Shown in pieces: positions 1-10,442 of a stretch of DNA of 64,000 bases. A model generated the notes under the pieces. It ran no database searches. It had not been told where the DNA came from and saw only the letters and a program-made list of their open reading frames with translations. Within the stretch, counting starts at the first letter, position 1, and the number at the start of each line of letters is the position of its first letter. Source of the stretch: Antechinus flavipes (Eukaryota); contig NC_067403.1 in NCBI RefSeq assembly GCF_016432865.1, positions 262,756,001 through 262,820,000 of the forward strand, given 5' to 3'. Made by a program: the position numbers and the translations under genes.

Positions 1-375
1 AATTCCAGATTGCTCACCAGAGAATATTTTCAACAATAATAGCAGAACTGTGGGTTGAACAACTGAGAATGATTTCCCTATTTTCAGTAACCCAATGATT
101 TTGGAGAATCACAAAGGATTCTTGATGTAGCAGACTCTCCACCCCAGAGAAAGAATTTCAAGCATCTCAATAATGATCAAANNNNNNNNNNNNNNNNNNN
201 NNNNNNNNNNNNNNNNNNNNNNNNNNNNNNNNNNNNNNNNNNNNNNNNNNNNNNNNNNNNNNNNNNNNNNNNNNNNNNNNNNNNNNNNNNNNNNNNNNNN
301 NNNNNNNNNNNNNNNNNNNNNNNNNNNNNNNNNNNNNNNNNNNNNNNNNNNNNNNNNNNNNNNNNNCTTTTTTCT

Positions 376-1180
376 GTTTTTTTTTTAAATAACTCTTTAT
401 TGACAGAAACCATGCCAGGGTAATTTTTTTTACAACATTATCCCTTGCACTCACTTCTGTTCCGATTTTCCCCCTCCCTCCCTCCCTCCACCCCCTCTCC
501 CAGATGGCACAGTCCTATACATGTTAAATAGGTCACAGTCTATCTTAGATACAGAAGTTAGAAATAACCCGGGAAGAAAAACCAAAATGCAAACAGTTTA
601 CATTCATTTCCCAGTGTTCTTTCTTTGGGTGTAGCTGCTTCTGTCCATCATTGATCAATTGAAACTGAGTTAGATCTCTCTGTCAAAGATGTCCACTTCC
701 ATCAGAATACATTCTCATACGATATCATTGTTGAAGTATATAATGATCTCCTGGTTCTGCTCATTTCACTTAACATCAGTTCATGTAAGTCTCTCCAAGC
801 CTCTCTGTACATCCTGCTGGTCATTTCTTACACAACAATAATATTCCATAACGTTAATATACCACAATTTACCCAATTATTTTCCAATTGATGGGCATCC
901 ATTCATTTTCCAGCTTCTAGCCACTACAAACAGAGCTGCCACAAACATTTTGGCGCATACAGGTCCCTTTCCCTTCTTGAAAAGTATCTCTTTGGGGTGT
1001 AAGCCCAATAGTAGCACTGCTGGATCAAAGGGTAGGCATAGTTTGATAACTTTTTGGGCATAATTCCAGCTTGCTCTCCAGAATGGTTAGATTCATTCAC
1101 AACTCCACCAACAATGTATCAGTGTCTGAGTTTTCCCGCATCCCCTCCAACATTCATCATTATTTCTTCCTGTCATCTTA
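376..1180 (-). mobile_element. 5'-truncated LINE-1 3' fragment (about 805 bp), copy 1
   Basis: Poly-T head with reverse-complement AATAAA. It is the reverse complement of the L1 3' end at 17170-17960. Right TSD TATGCTTCCTTTTTTCT at 1181-1197; the left TSD is cut by an N-run. Confidence 0.9.
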
Positions 1181-1289
1181 TATGCTTCCTTTTTTCTTGC
1201 CTTCTTTCTCTCTTTCATCCTCTTTCTGTTTTTTCTATCTCTTTCTCTCTATCCCTTTTTGTTCAAGAATTTTTTTTCCACACAAATAG

Positions 1290-1691
1290 TGTTGGAATCC
1301 TTACTAACTGCTAACTAATTAGAGTTGATCTAATCTTACAAGAAGATGTTTTGGGCAGAACCTGAAACAAGGTACTAAGTAGAACTACCCATAATCCCTC
1401 TCTCTGGAAGGAGCATAAATAGGCCAATGGGCCAGTCGGAGAGTTCTTGAGAGGAAGATGCTACAAGTCGAGATTTCACCGGAATGACATGAAGACTGGA
1501 GCTGGCTGGAGGCTGAAGAAAGCAGAGGCAGAGGCTGAAGGACAAGACCTTTGGATTTAAAGACATTCGGAGAGAGCTCTTGGAACCAAGCAGAGAGATA
1601 GGCCTCTAAGCTAACCGGGCTATATTGGAGATAATAAAAGATCTGAACTTTTATCACCTGGCTGCGTTTTGAGAAGAAGAAGATCACAACA
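1290..1691 (+). mobile_element. Solo LTR (402 bp), copy 1
   Basis: TGTTG...CAACA termini, 5-bp TSD AATAG (1285-1289, 1692-1696) and internal AATAAA. The empty site CACAAATATGAATGTTG is seen in unit 2 (about 8390). Confidence 0.9.
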
Positions 1692-2496
1692 AATAGGAAT
1701 GTTGAAATGTGTTATATATTTATATATGCTTATGCTACAGCAAACTCTGTTCCTTTTCTGTGAGGTGAGAGGGAAATAAGGGCGGAAGAGACTTGAGAAC
1801 TCAAAACGTCAAGCAGGAAATATCAGGCATGGTTCTACATATACTTGAGGGAAAACCAATATTATTTTACAAATAGCCACAGTGAATACTGTCCCTTGCC
1901 AGCCACTGGATTAGAACCAGGGCACACCATGGCCCAAGGTGGGTGAGTTCCTGGTGTTCAGGGCCCTGCCCATTTCTTTCTTTATCAAAGGATAAAAGTC
2001 CTCTACCTTCCTACAGATTTTTCTTCACGTCAAGGTCTGGGTGAGCCTTTCCTGCTTTGTACCCCAATCTCTATAGTACCTGGACTCATGCACACAATGC
2101 TCCCCATCTTTGTTCCTAATTCCATCTGAAGTGCAAGCCCCACCTCACTGACCCCTGATCCTTGACCTGTTTTCCCCTCCTGCTGTGCTCTTTTGCTTGG
2201 AAAGGGGCAAGCCAGGATCCATCTCCCCACAGGAAGACAGCAATGAGCCCCAAGTCTCATGGATGGATTCCCAGGAAACTGCCTCCCCTGGCCTTAGTCC
2301 CCTCAGGATCCTGCTCCCTAGTCCAGCTCCTTCATCTCTGCTGGGTCAGGCACTCTTTGCCCAGCTGGCCCTTTGGGCTGGGCCCCCTTTTCCCTCCCTC
2401 CCTTCTCTCTCTCTCTCTCTCTGACTCTCTTCCTTCCTTCCTTCCTTCCTTCTTTCTTTTTTCTTTCCTTCCTCTACTTTATGCTTCCTTTTTTCT

Positions 2497-3301
2497 GTTT
2501 TTTTTTTAAATAACTCTTTATTGACAGAAACCATGCCAGGGTAATTTTTTTTACAACATTATCCCTTGCACTCACTTCTGTTCCGATTTTCCCCCTCCCT
2601 CCCTCCCTCCACCCCCTCTCCCAGATGGCACAGTCCTATACATGTTAAATAGGTCACAGTCTATCTTAGATACAGAAGTTAGAAATAACCCGGGAAGAAA
2701 AACCAAAATGCAAACAGTTTACATTCATTTCCCAGTGTTCTTTCTTTGGGTGTAGCTGCTTCTGTCCATCATTGATCAATTGAAACTGAGTTAGATCTCT
2801 CTGTCAAAGATGTCCACTTCCATCAGAATACATTCTCATACGATATCATTGTTGAAGTATATAATGATCTCCTGGTTCTGCTCATTTCACTTAACATCAG
2901 TTCATGTAAGTCTCTCCAAGCCTCTCTGTACATCCTGCTGGTCATTTCTTACACAACAATAATATTCCATAACGTTAATATACCACAATTTACCCAATTA
3001 TTTTCCAATTGATGGGCATCCATTCATTTTCCAGCTTCTAGCCACTACAAACAGAGCTGCCACAAACATTTTGGCGCATACAGGTCCCTTTCCCTTCTTG
3101 AAAAGTATCTCTTTGGGGTGTAAGCCCAATAGTAGCACTGCTGGATCAAAGGGTAGGCATAGTTTGATAACTTTTTGGGCATAATTCCAGCTTGCTCTCC
3201 AGAATGGTTAGATTCATTCACAACTCCACCAACAATGTATCAGTGTCTGAGTTTTCCCGCATCCCCTCCAACATTCATCATTATTTCTTCCTGTCATCTT
3301 A
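2497..3301 (-). mobile_element. 5'-truncated LINE-1 3' fragment, copy 2, with 17-bp TSD
   Basis: TSD TATGCTTCCTTTTTTCT at 2480-2496 and 3302-3318. Paralogous units (e.g. about 8285, 18410) show the empty site. Confidence 0.92.
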
Positions 3302-3410
3302 TATGCTTCCTTTTTTCTTGCCTTCTTTCTCTCTTTCATCCTCTTTCTGTTTTTTCTATCTCTTTCTCTCTATCCCTTTTTGTTCAAGAATTTTTTTTCC
3401 ACACAAATAG

Positions 3411-3812
3411 TGTTGGAATCCTTACTAACTGCTAACTAATTAGAGTTGATCTAATCTTACAAGAAGATGTTTTGGGCAGAACCTGAAACAAGGTACTAAG
3501 TAGAACTACCCATAATCCCTCTCTCTGGAAGGAGCATAAATAGGCCAATGGGCCAGTCGGAGAGTTCTTGAGAGGAAGATGCTACAAGTCGAGATTTCAC
3601 CGGAATGACATGAAGACTGGAGCTGGCTGGAGGCTGAAGAAAGCAGAGGCAGAGGCTGAAGGACAAGACCTTTGGATTTAAAGACATTCGGAGAGAGCTC
3701 TTGGAACCAAGCAGAGAGATAGGCCTCTAAGCTAACCGGGCTATATTGGAGATAATAAAAGATCTGAACTTTTATCACCTGGCTGCGTTTTGAGAAGAAG
3801 AAGATCACAACA
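3411..3812 (+). mobile_element. Solo LTR (402 bp), copy 2
   Basis: Identical to 1290-1691 at offset 2121. Confidence 0.9.
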
Positions 3813-4924
3813 AATAGGAATGTTGAAATGTGTTATATATTTATATATGCTTATGCTACAGCAAACTCTGTTCCTTTTCTGTGAGGTGAGAGGGAAATAA
3901 GGGCGGAAGAGACTTGAGAACTCAAAACGTCAAGCAGGAAATATCAGGCATGGTTCTACATATACTTGAGGGAAAACCAATATTATTTTACAAATAGCCA
4001 CAGTGAATACTGTCCCTTGCCAGCCACTGGATTAGAACCAGGGCACACCATGGCCCAAGGTGGGTGAGTTCCTGGTGTTCAGGGCCCTGCCCATTTCTTT
4101 CTTTATCAAAGGATAAAAGTCCTCTACCTTCCTACAGATTTTTCTTCACGTCAAGGTCTGGGTGAGCCTTTCCTGCTTTGTACCCCAATCTCTATAGTAC
4201 CTGGACTCATGCACACAATGCTCCCCATCTTTGTTCCTAATTCCATCTGAAGTGCAAGCCCCACCTCACTGACCCCTGATCCTTGACCTGTTTTCCCCTC
4301 CTGCTGTGCTCTTTTGCTTGGAAAGGGGCAAGCCAGGATCCATCTCCCCACAGGAAGACAGCAATGAGCCCCAAGTCTCATGGATGGATTCCCAGGAAAC
4401 TGCCTCCCCTGGCCTTAGTCCCCTCAGGATCCTGCTCCCTAGTCCAGCTCCTTCATCTCTGCTGGGTCAGGCACTCTTTGCCCAGCTGGCCCTTTGGGCT
4501 GGGCCCCCTTTTCCCTCCCTCCCTTCTCTGGGCAGCCACTCCCTGGTCCCCTCTCACCTGACACAGCACAGGACCATGGTCCCTGGAGCCCTCCTGTGGT
4601 CTTGCCCCCTTCATCCTTGGGTCATGGTTCCTTTGCCTTGTCTGCAGCAGCTTTCTCAGCCCTGCCTTGAGCCTGACTCCTCCCTCAGCCTGTTGCCTTA
4701 GGCATGGCCATGGGGCTCGGGAGCCTACCACCTTCTGCCAGGCACGTGCCTGCTGGCACCTGCTCCCAGATCTCCAGGAAGCTCCTGCTTCTTCCCTGGC
4801 TCTCGCCATCTCCTTGTCAGCTGGGGCTGATGTCGGGGAGTCTAGGAAAGAGAGGGCTTTTATCCTTTGCCTTGACCTCCCAGAGCCCCAGGTCCCTGTG
4901 ACCAGGGCCAAACAAGCCCGTTTG

Positions 4925-5134
4925 CCAATCTAGGCACCTGGTGCTTCCAGGTGAGTCATGGCCACAAGGCCTGCTCCCAAACAAACCAAAGGCTGACCCT
5001 GTAGCAGCCGGAGGCCAGTGTCCAACAACAGCCCAGGGAGCCAGGGGGCCTGCTCCTGCTTCTGCAGGGTGTCTGCCAGAGAGGCTGTGGGCATGTGCCC
5101 AGGCCTGCCCCCGGGACTGCACCACAGTATAAAA
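4925..5134 (+). promoter_or_regulatory. KRTAP5 gene 1 proximal promoter: CCAAT (4925), AP-1 TGAGTCA (4952), TATAAAA (5128)
   Basis: Motifs read directly; the same order and similar spacing recur in all five units. Confidence 0.8.
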
Positions 5135-5232
5135 GCTGAGAGCTGAGAGGGGCTTCCACAACCCACTGAATCCTCTCTCTCTTGAGACCTTCCTCCCCTG
5201 TGGAGACCAATCTCTTCCAATCTTTCAACATC

Positions 5233-5943
5233 ATGAGCTGCTGTGGCTGTTCAGGAGGCTGTGGTTCCAGCTGTGGGGGCTGTGGCTCCAGCTGCTGTGT
5301 GCCCGTCTGCTGCTGCAAACCTGTGTGCTGCTGTGTGCCAGCCTGCTCCTGCTCTAGCTGTGGTGGAGGCTGCAAGGGGGGTTGTGGCTCCAGCTGTGGG
5401 GGCTGCTGTCAGTCCAGCTGCTGCAAACCCTGCTGCAGCCAGTCCAGCTGTTGCCAGTCCAGCTGCTGCAAGCCTGTCTGCTGCTGTGTGCCAGCCTGCT
5501 CCTGTTCCAGCTGTGATGGAGGCTGTGGGGGTTGTTGCCAATCCAGCTGCTGCAAACCCTGCTGCAGTCAATCCAGCTGCTGCAAGCCTGTCTGCTGCTG
5601 TGTGCCAGCCTGCTCCTGCTCCAGCTGTGGTGGAGGCTGTGGGAGTTGTTGCCAATCCAGCTGTTGCAAACCTTGCTGCAGCCAGTCCAGTTGCTGCAAG
5701 CCTGTCTGCTGCTGTGTGCCAGCATGTTCCTGCTCCAGCTGTGGGGGAGGCTGTGGGGGTTGTTGCCAGTCCAGCTGCTGCAAGCCAGTCTGCTGCTGTG
5801 TGCCTGCTTGCTCCTGCTCCAGCTGTGGGGGAGGCTGTGGGGGTTGTTGCCAGTCCAGCTGCTGCAAGCCCTGCTGTAGTCAGTCCAGCTGCTGCAAGCC
5901 CTGCTGTAGTCAGTCCAGCTGCTGCAAGCCCTGCTGCTGCTAG
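5233..5943 (+). CDS. KRTAP5: Ultra-high-sulfur keratin-associated protein, KRTAP5 family, gene 1 (type A, 236 aa; ends at a CAG>TAG-derived stop)
   Basis: Intronless [46 protein letters not shown] with repeated CCQSSCCKP motifs. TATAAAA lies 105 nt upstream and AATAAA is at 6480. The ORF-track start at 5182 is a TTG; the true ATG is 5233. The exact paralogue number cannot be assigned. Confidence 0.9.
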   Translation: MSCCGCSGGCGSSCGGCGSSCCVPVCCCKPVCCCVPACSCSSCGGGCKGGCGSSCGGCCQSSCCKPCCSQSSCCQSSCCKPVCCCVPACSCSSCDGGCGGCCQSSCCKPCCSQSSCCKPVCCCVPACSCSSCGGGCGSCCQSSCCKPCCSQSSCCKPVCCCVPACSCSSCGGGCGGCCQSSCCKPVCCCVPACSCSSCGGGCGGCCQSSCCKPCCSQSSCCKPCCSQSSCCKPCCC

Positions 5944-6479
5944 TCCAACTGTTGTACCCTTTTTGCTACAAGTTTAGTATCTGCTGCTCACTCCATTCCC
6001 TTCCCTTCGACCTTAATTTAAAGCAGGCTGCCTTCAGTAAGTTCCCTCCTCCACTCCCAGCTGCCACCCACAGCTCCTATCTCAGCATCATTGCAGATTA
6101 CCCAGGACCCAGGACTCAGGACCATTTAGGAACCCTGATTCTGGGATTTCCTGATCTCCTTAGTCTGAAAACCACTGAGTCACAGGACTGCTCCCTATCC
6201 CCTTCTCCCCAACCTCCTTGCCAAAAGGGACATCACCCTGCCAAGAACATCTGGCAAAGGGCTGCCCAGTATACCATGCAGACCCCCAGTGGAACCTCTG
6301 GATCATCTCCAAAGGATCATCTGCCCTGCTCCCAGATGTGAGGCCATCACTGCTGATTGCTGAGCTGCCTCTCAACAGTCTTCATTCCTGGATGCCCCAA
6401 CTCTCTCCTCCAAAGGGTCTTATTGCTTATCTTGGGCTCCTTTGACTATCCCTGGAAACCAGGGAAATCATTTTGTTTC

Positions 6480-6485
6480 AATAAA
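6480..6485 (+). terminator. Poly(A) signal of KRTAP5 gene 1 (paralogous signals at 10909, 21338, 28649, 36006)
   Basis: AATAAA in a conserved TTCAATAAAA context about 0.5 kb after each CDS. Confidence 0.75.
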
Positions 6486-7419
6486 ACCCTTAACACTGAA
6501 AATATCTTTCTTTCCTTCACAAATTTCTTGGGGAGATCTGTTTTCTGTGCCTGATCACTTAGCCCTTTTCACAGACAGGTACATTCAGGGTTCTTGAGCT
6601 CTGGGTCTGGCCCATTGTTAGATTGGGGACTTTGGCCCAGAACTGATCCCTTTGCGATGTTATTCTTGCCTTTGATCAACACTGAGTGACTTCTCTGGGG
6701 GGTGATCTCAATTCCAAGAACTCAAGCTTTTAGAGCCCATTCTGGGCACACTGCACTTGACTGCCAATGGAGCTGGGCCTCCATTTTCCAAGGGAAACAC
6801 TCAATGTCTAGGGCTTAAGTGATAGTCCCATTATCTCCTGCCTGCCCTTCTCCAGTCAGACTGGGCTTCAGAAGGACGCATGTAGAGGAATGGCCGCCCC
6901 ATTCATCAGCTGACTCCAAATGCTCTCGCATTCCCTGAACAGACCTAGCCCCTGACCAATCACACAGGAGCCATGCTCCCTCCACCTTGAAGCAGGGAGA
7001 CACAGATTTCTACTGATCTCTACTGAATTGGAGCTACTTACATCCATTTGGGTGTTGGCTCTGCATGTGTTGGGGAATGGCCTGACTGAGACTCTCTTCC
7101 AGGTGATTAATTGTGCTACCCTCATTTCAGTTCTCAGAAACCAGAAAAATAAACAGAAAAATCTCTCATGTTGGGGGAAATGCACATATTGTGAGTTAGA
7201 CAAGAAAAAGAACACACAGATAACCACAGAAACACAGATACGCACACAGGGTGTGAGTGACACAGACTGACACAGAGGGACAGAGAGAGACAAAGAGTTA
7301 GTTGGGGGTTTGCATTTCAGCAAATTGTTTCATCAAAGATTACTGTTATGGTAGTGATAACAAAACCTGGGAGGGATAAGACAGAAAAGTATTGAAAAAC
7401 TCCAGGAAGGAACCATCAA

Positions 7420-7547
7420 AAATCCAGCAGAAATAAAATGGAAACCCAAAGAAGCAGGCAGTCTTTCATAAATATGCCGTGACAAATCCAGCAGAAATAA
7501 AATGGAAACCCAAAGAAGCAGGCAGTCTTTCATAAATATGCCGTGAC
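7420..7547. repeat. Perfect 64-bp tandem duplication (2 copies)
   Basis: AAATCCAGCAG...ATATGCCGTGAC at 7420-7483 and 7484-7547; single copy in the paralogous units. Confidence 0.9.
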
Positions 7548-7639
7548 CCCATTTTGCAGAATTCCTTGAGCATTTTGTCCATGGTCTGGAAAGATAGAAA
7601 ATCTCATGAATACATTTTGAGGGAAGGAAGGTGTGAATT

Positions 7640-8080
7640 GATCCAGCCATTTTGGAATTATTTTTAAAACTATGCCCAAAGGGCCAGGATACTCAGAATA
7701 CACTTTGAGGTAGCAAAGTTCTGTATTCCAAAGAGATTTCAGAAAGGACTTCTGTCTAACCAGCATTTGTAGGAGCTCTTTGTGGAGAGGCTCAGAATGA
7801 GCAATGAAGGGAATGTAAACCTTGGGGATCAGTTCAACAAGCTGTGCTATTAGATTAGGGGAAACTCTCAGTGTGCTCTAAGACATAATCAGCAGGATGA
7901 TTTCAGAACAGCCTGGAATCATGTACAACCAATGCAAAGACACAGAACATTTTCAACTGTAACAGTGGAATGGTGGGTTGAACAACTGGAAATGACTGCC
8001 CTGATCTCCACAACACAATGATTTTCAAGAATCTCCAAGAACTCATGTTGCCACCAGAGAAAGAATTACAGGCCTCACAA
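7640..8080 (+). mobile_element. Ancient degenerate L1 ORF2/3'UTR remnant co-amplified with each KRTAP5 unit (also 1-165, 16460-16965 plus 18099-18330, 25730-26460, 31860-33160)
   Basis: Decayed similarity to the L1 3' region (e.g. CCAACTGACCAATGGTCAAA, ATCAGAGAAATGCAAGTT, CCCATCAGATTGG) compared with the young L1 at 16972. It recurs upstream of every gene. Confidence 0.65.
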
Positions 8081-9473
8081 TAATGACCAAAGCAAATGAT
8101 TGGAACGTCCCTCCCCCTCTGTCTTCCTTCCTTCTTCCCTTCCTTCTTCCTCCTTCCTCCTTCCTCCTTCCCTTATTCATTTATTTGTTCCTTCTTTTTT
8201 TCTTCCTTCTTCCCCTTCTCTTTCCTTCCTTCCTTCCTTCCTTCCTTCCTTCCTTCCTTCCTTCCTTCCTTCCTTTTTCTTCTTTATGCTTCTATCTTTT
8301 TTCTTGCTTTCTTTCTCTCATTTATCCTGTTTCCTTCTTTCTATCTTTTTCTCTTTCTTTCTGTCTTTTTTTGTTCAAGGACTTTTCCCACACAAATATG
8401 AATGTTGAAATCTGTTATATATTTATATATGCTTATGCTGCAGCAAACTCTGTTCCTTTTCTGTGAGGTGAGAGGGAAATAACGGCAGAAGAGACTTGGG
8501 AACTCAAAACTTCAAGCAGGAAATTTCAGGCATGGTTTTACATGTAGGGGGAAAAACCAATATTATTTTACAAAAAGCCACAGTAAATACATTCTCCCTT
8601 GTCAGCCACTGGGTCAGGACAAGGGGGCTCCTTGGCCCAAAGTGGGTGAGTGCTTGGTCTTCAGGGTCCTGTCCATTTTTTTCTTTATCAAATGATAAAT
8701 GTCCTCTACTTCCCTGAAGATTTTTCCTCCTATCAAGGTCCGGGTCTTACCTCAATCTCCTTGAGTGTCAGGAGTCATGGACAAAATGCTCCCCATCTTT
8801 GCTCCTAATTCCACCAGAGGTCCAGGCCTCTGACCACTGATCCCTGATCCCTGACTGGTTTCCCCCTCCTTGTTCTTTTGCTTGGAAGGCACAAGCCAGG
8901 ATCCATCTCTGCACAGGAAGGCAGAAATGAGCCCCAAATAGCATGGATGGACTCCCAGGAAACTGCTGCCCCTGGCCTTGGTCCCCTCAGGAGACTGCTG
9001 CCCAGCCCAGCTCCTTCATCTCTGCTGGATCAGGCACTTTTTGCCCAGCTGGCCATTTGGGCTGGGCCTCCTTCTCTCTCCCTCCCTTCTCTGAGCACCC
9101 ACTCCCTGGTCCCCTCTCACCTGACACAGCACAGGACCATGGTCCCTGCATCCCACCTATGGTCTTGCTCCCTTCATCCTTGGGTCATGGCTCCTTTGCC
9201 TTGTCTGCAACAGCTTTCTCAGCTTTGCCTTGGGCCTGACTCCTCCCTCAGCCTGTTGCCTTGGGCACGGCCATGGGGCTCAGGAGCCCACCACCTTCTG
9301 CCAGGCACGTGCCTGCTGGCACCTGCTCCCAGATCTCCAGGAAGCTCCTGCTTCTTCCCTGGGCTCTCACCATCTCCTTGTCAGCAGAGGCTGATGTCGG
9401 AGAGCCTGGAGGCTTCTGCCCTGAGCTCCCAGAGCCCCAGGTCCCTGTGACCAGGGCCAAACAAGCCTGTTTG

Positions 9474-9683
9474 CCAATCTAGGTACCTGGTGCTTCCAGG
9501 TGAGTCATGGCCACAAGGCCTGCTCCCAAACAAATCAAAGCCTGATTCTGTGGCAGTCAGGGGCCAGTGTCCAACAACAGCCCAGGGAGCCAGGGGGCCT
9601 GCTCCTGCTTCTGCAGGGTGTCTGCCAGAGGGGCTGTGGGCACGTGCCCAGGCCTGCCCCTGAGGCTGAACCACAGTATAAAA
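9474..9683 (+). promoter_or_regulatory. KRTAP5 gene 2 promoter: CCAAT 9474, TGAGTCA 9501, TATAAAA 9677
   Basis: Motifs read directly; paralogous to the gene 1 promoter. Confidence 0.8.
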
Positions 9684-9781
9684 GCTGGGAGCAGAGAGGG
9701 GCTTCCACAACCCACGGATTCCTCTCTCTCTTGAGACCTTCCTCCCCTGTGGACACCAATCTCTTCCAATCTCTCAACATC

Positions 9782-10442
9782 ATGAGCTNNNNNNNNNNNN
9801 NNNNNNNNNNNNNNNNNNNNNNNNNNNNNNNNNNNNNNNNNNNNNNNNNNNNNNNNNNNNNNNNNNNNNNNNNNNNNNNNNNNNNNNNNNNNNNNNNNNN
9901 NNNNNNNNNNNNNNNNNNNNNNNNNNGCTGTGGTGGAGGCTGCAAGGGAGGCTGTGGCTCCAGCTGTGGAGGCTGCAAGGGAGGCTGTGGCTCCAGCTGT
10001 GGAGGCTGCAAGGGAGGCTGTGGCTCCAGCTGTGGGGGCTGCAAGGGTGGCTGTGGCTCCAGCTGTGGGGGCTGCAAGGGAGGCTGTGGCTCCAGCTGTG
10101 GGGGCTGCAAGGGAGGCTGTGGCTCTAGCTGTGGGGGCTGCTGTCAGTCCAGCTGCTGCAAGCCTGTCTGCTGCTGTGTGCCTGCTTGCTCCTGCTCCAG
10201 CTGTGGTGGAGNNNNNNNNNNNNNNNNNNNNNNNNNNNNNNNNNNNNNNNNNNNNNNNNNNNNNNNNNNNNNNNNNNNNNNNNNNNNNNNNNNNNNNNNN
10301 NNNNNNNNNNNNNNNNNNNNNNNNNNNNNNNNNNNNNNNNNNNNNNNNNNNNNNNNNNNNNNNNNNNNNNNNNNNNNNNNNNNNNNNNNNNNNNNNNNNN
10401 NNNNNNNNNNNNNNNNNNNNNNNNNNNNNNNNNNNNNNNNNN
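9782..10442 (+). CDS. KRTAP5: KRTAP5-family gene 2 (type B, 6 [11 protein letters not shown] repeats); partial, stop codon lies inside an N-run
   Basis: ATG at 9782 follows the conserved leader, with TATA at 9677. The frame is open across N-run 9789-9926. 3'UTR-homologous sequence resumes at 10443, so the end coordinate is an upper bound. AATAAA at 10909. Confidence 0.8.

Larger units (their letters stand above)
367..4529. repeat. Apparently perfect tandem duplication, period 2121 bp (367-2408 = 2488-4529)
   Basis: Paired ORF-track translations are identical at offset 2121 over the shared span. Identity ends at 2408/4529, where copy 1 runs into a CT microsatellite. Confidence 0.9.

Noticed and set aside
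5182-5232. 17-codon N-terminal extension RPSSPV(E/D)TNLFQS in the ORF track for the KRTAP5 genes
   Set aside because: It starts at TTG within the 5'UTR; the canonical ATG of MSCCGC follows.
8083-8466. Phe/Leu/Ser-rich, membrane-like ORFs (also 18300-18867)
   Set aside because: Translations of CT/CTTC microsatellites and N-runs.
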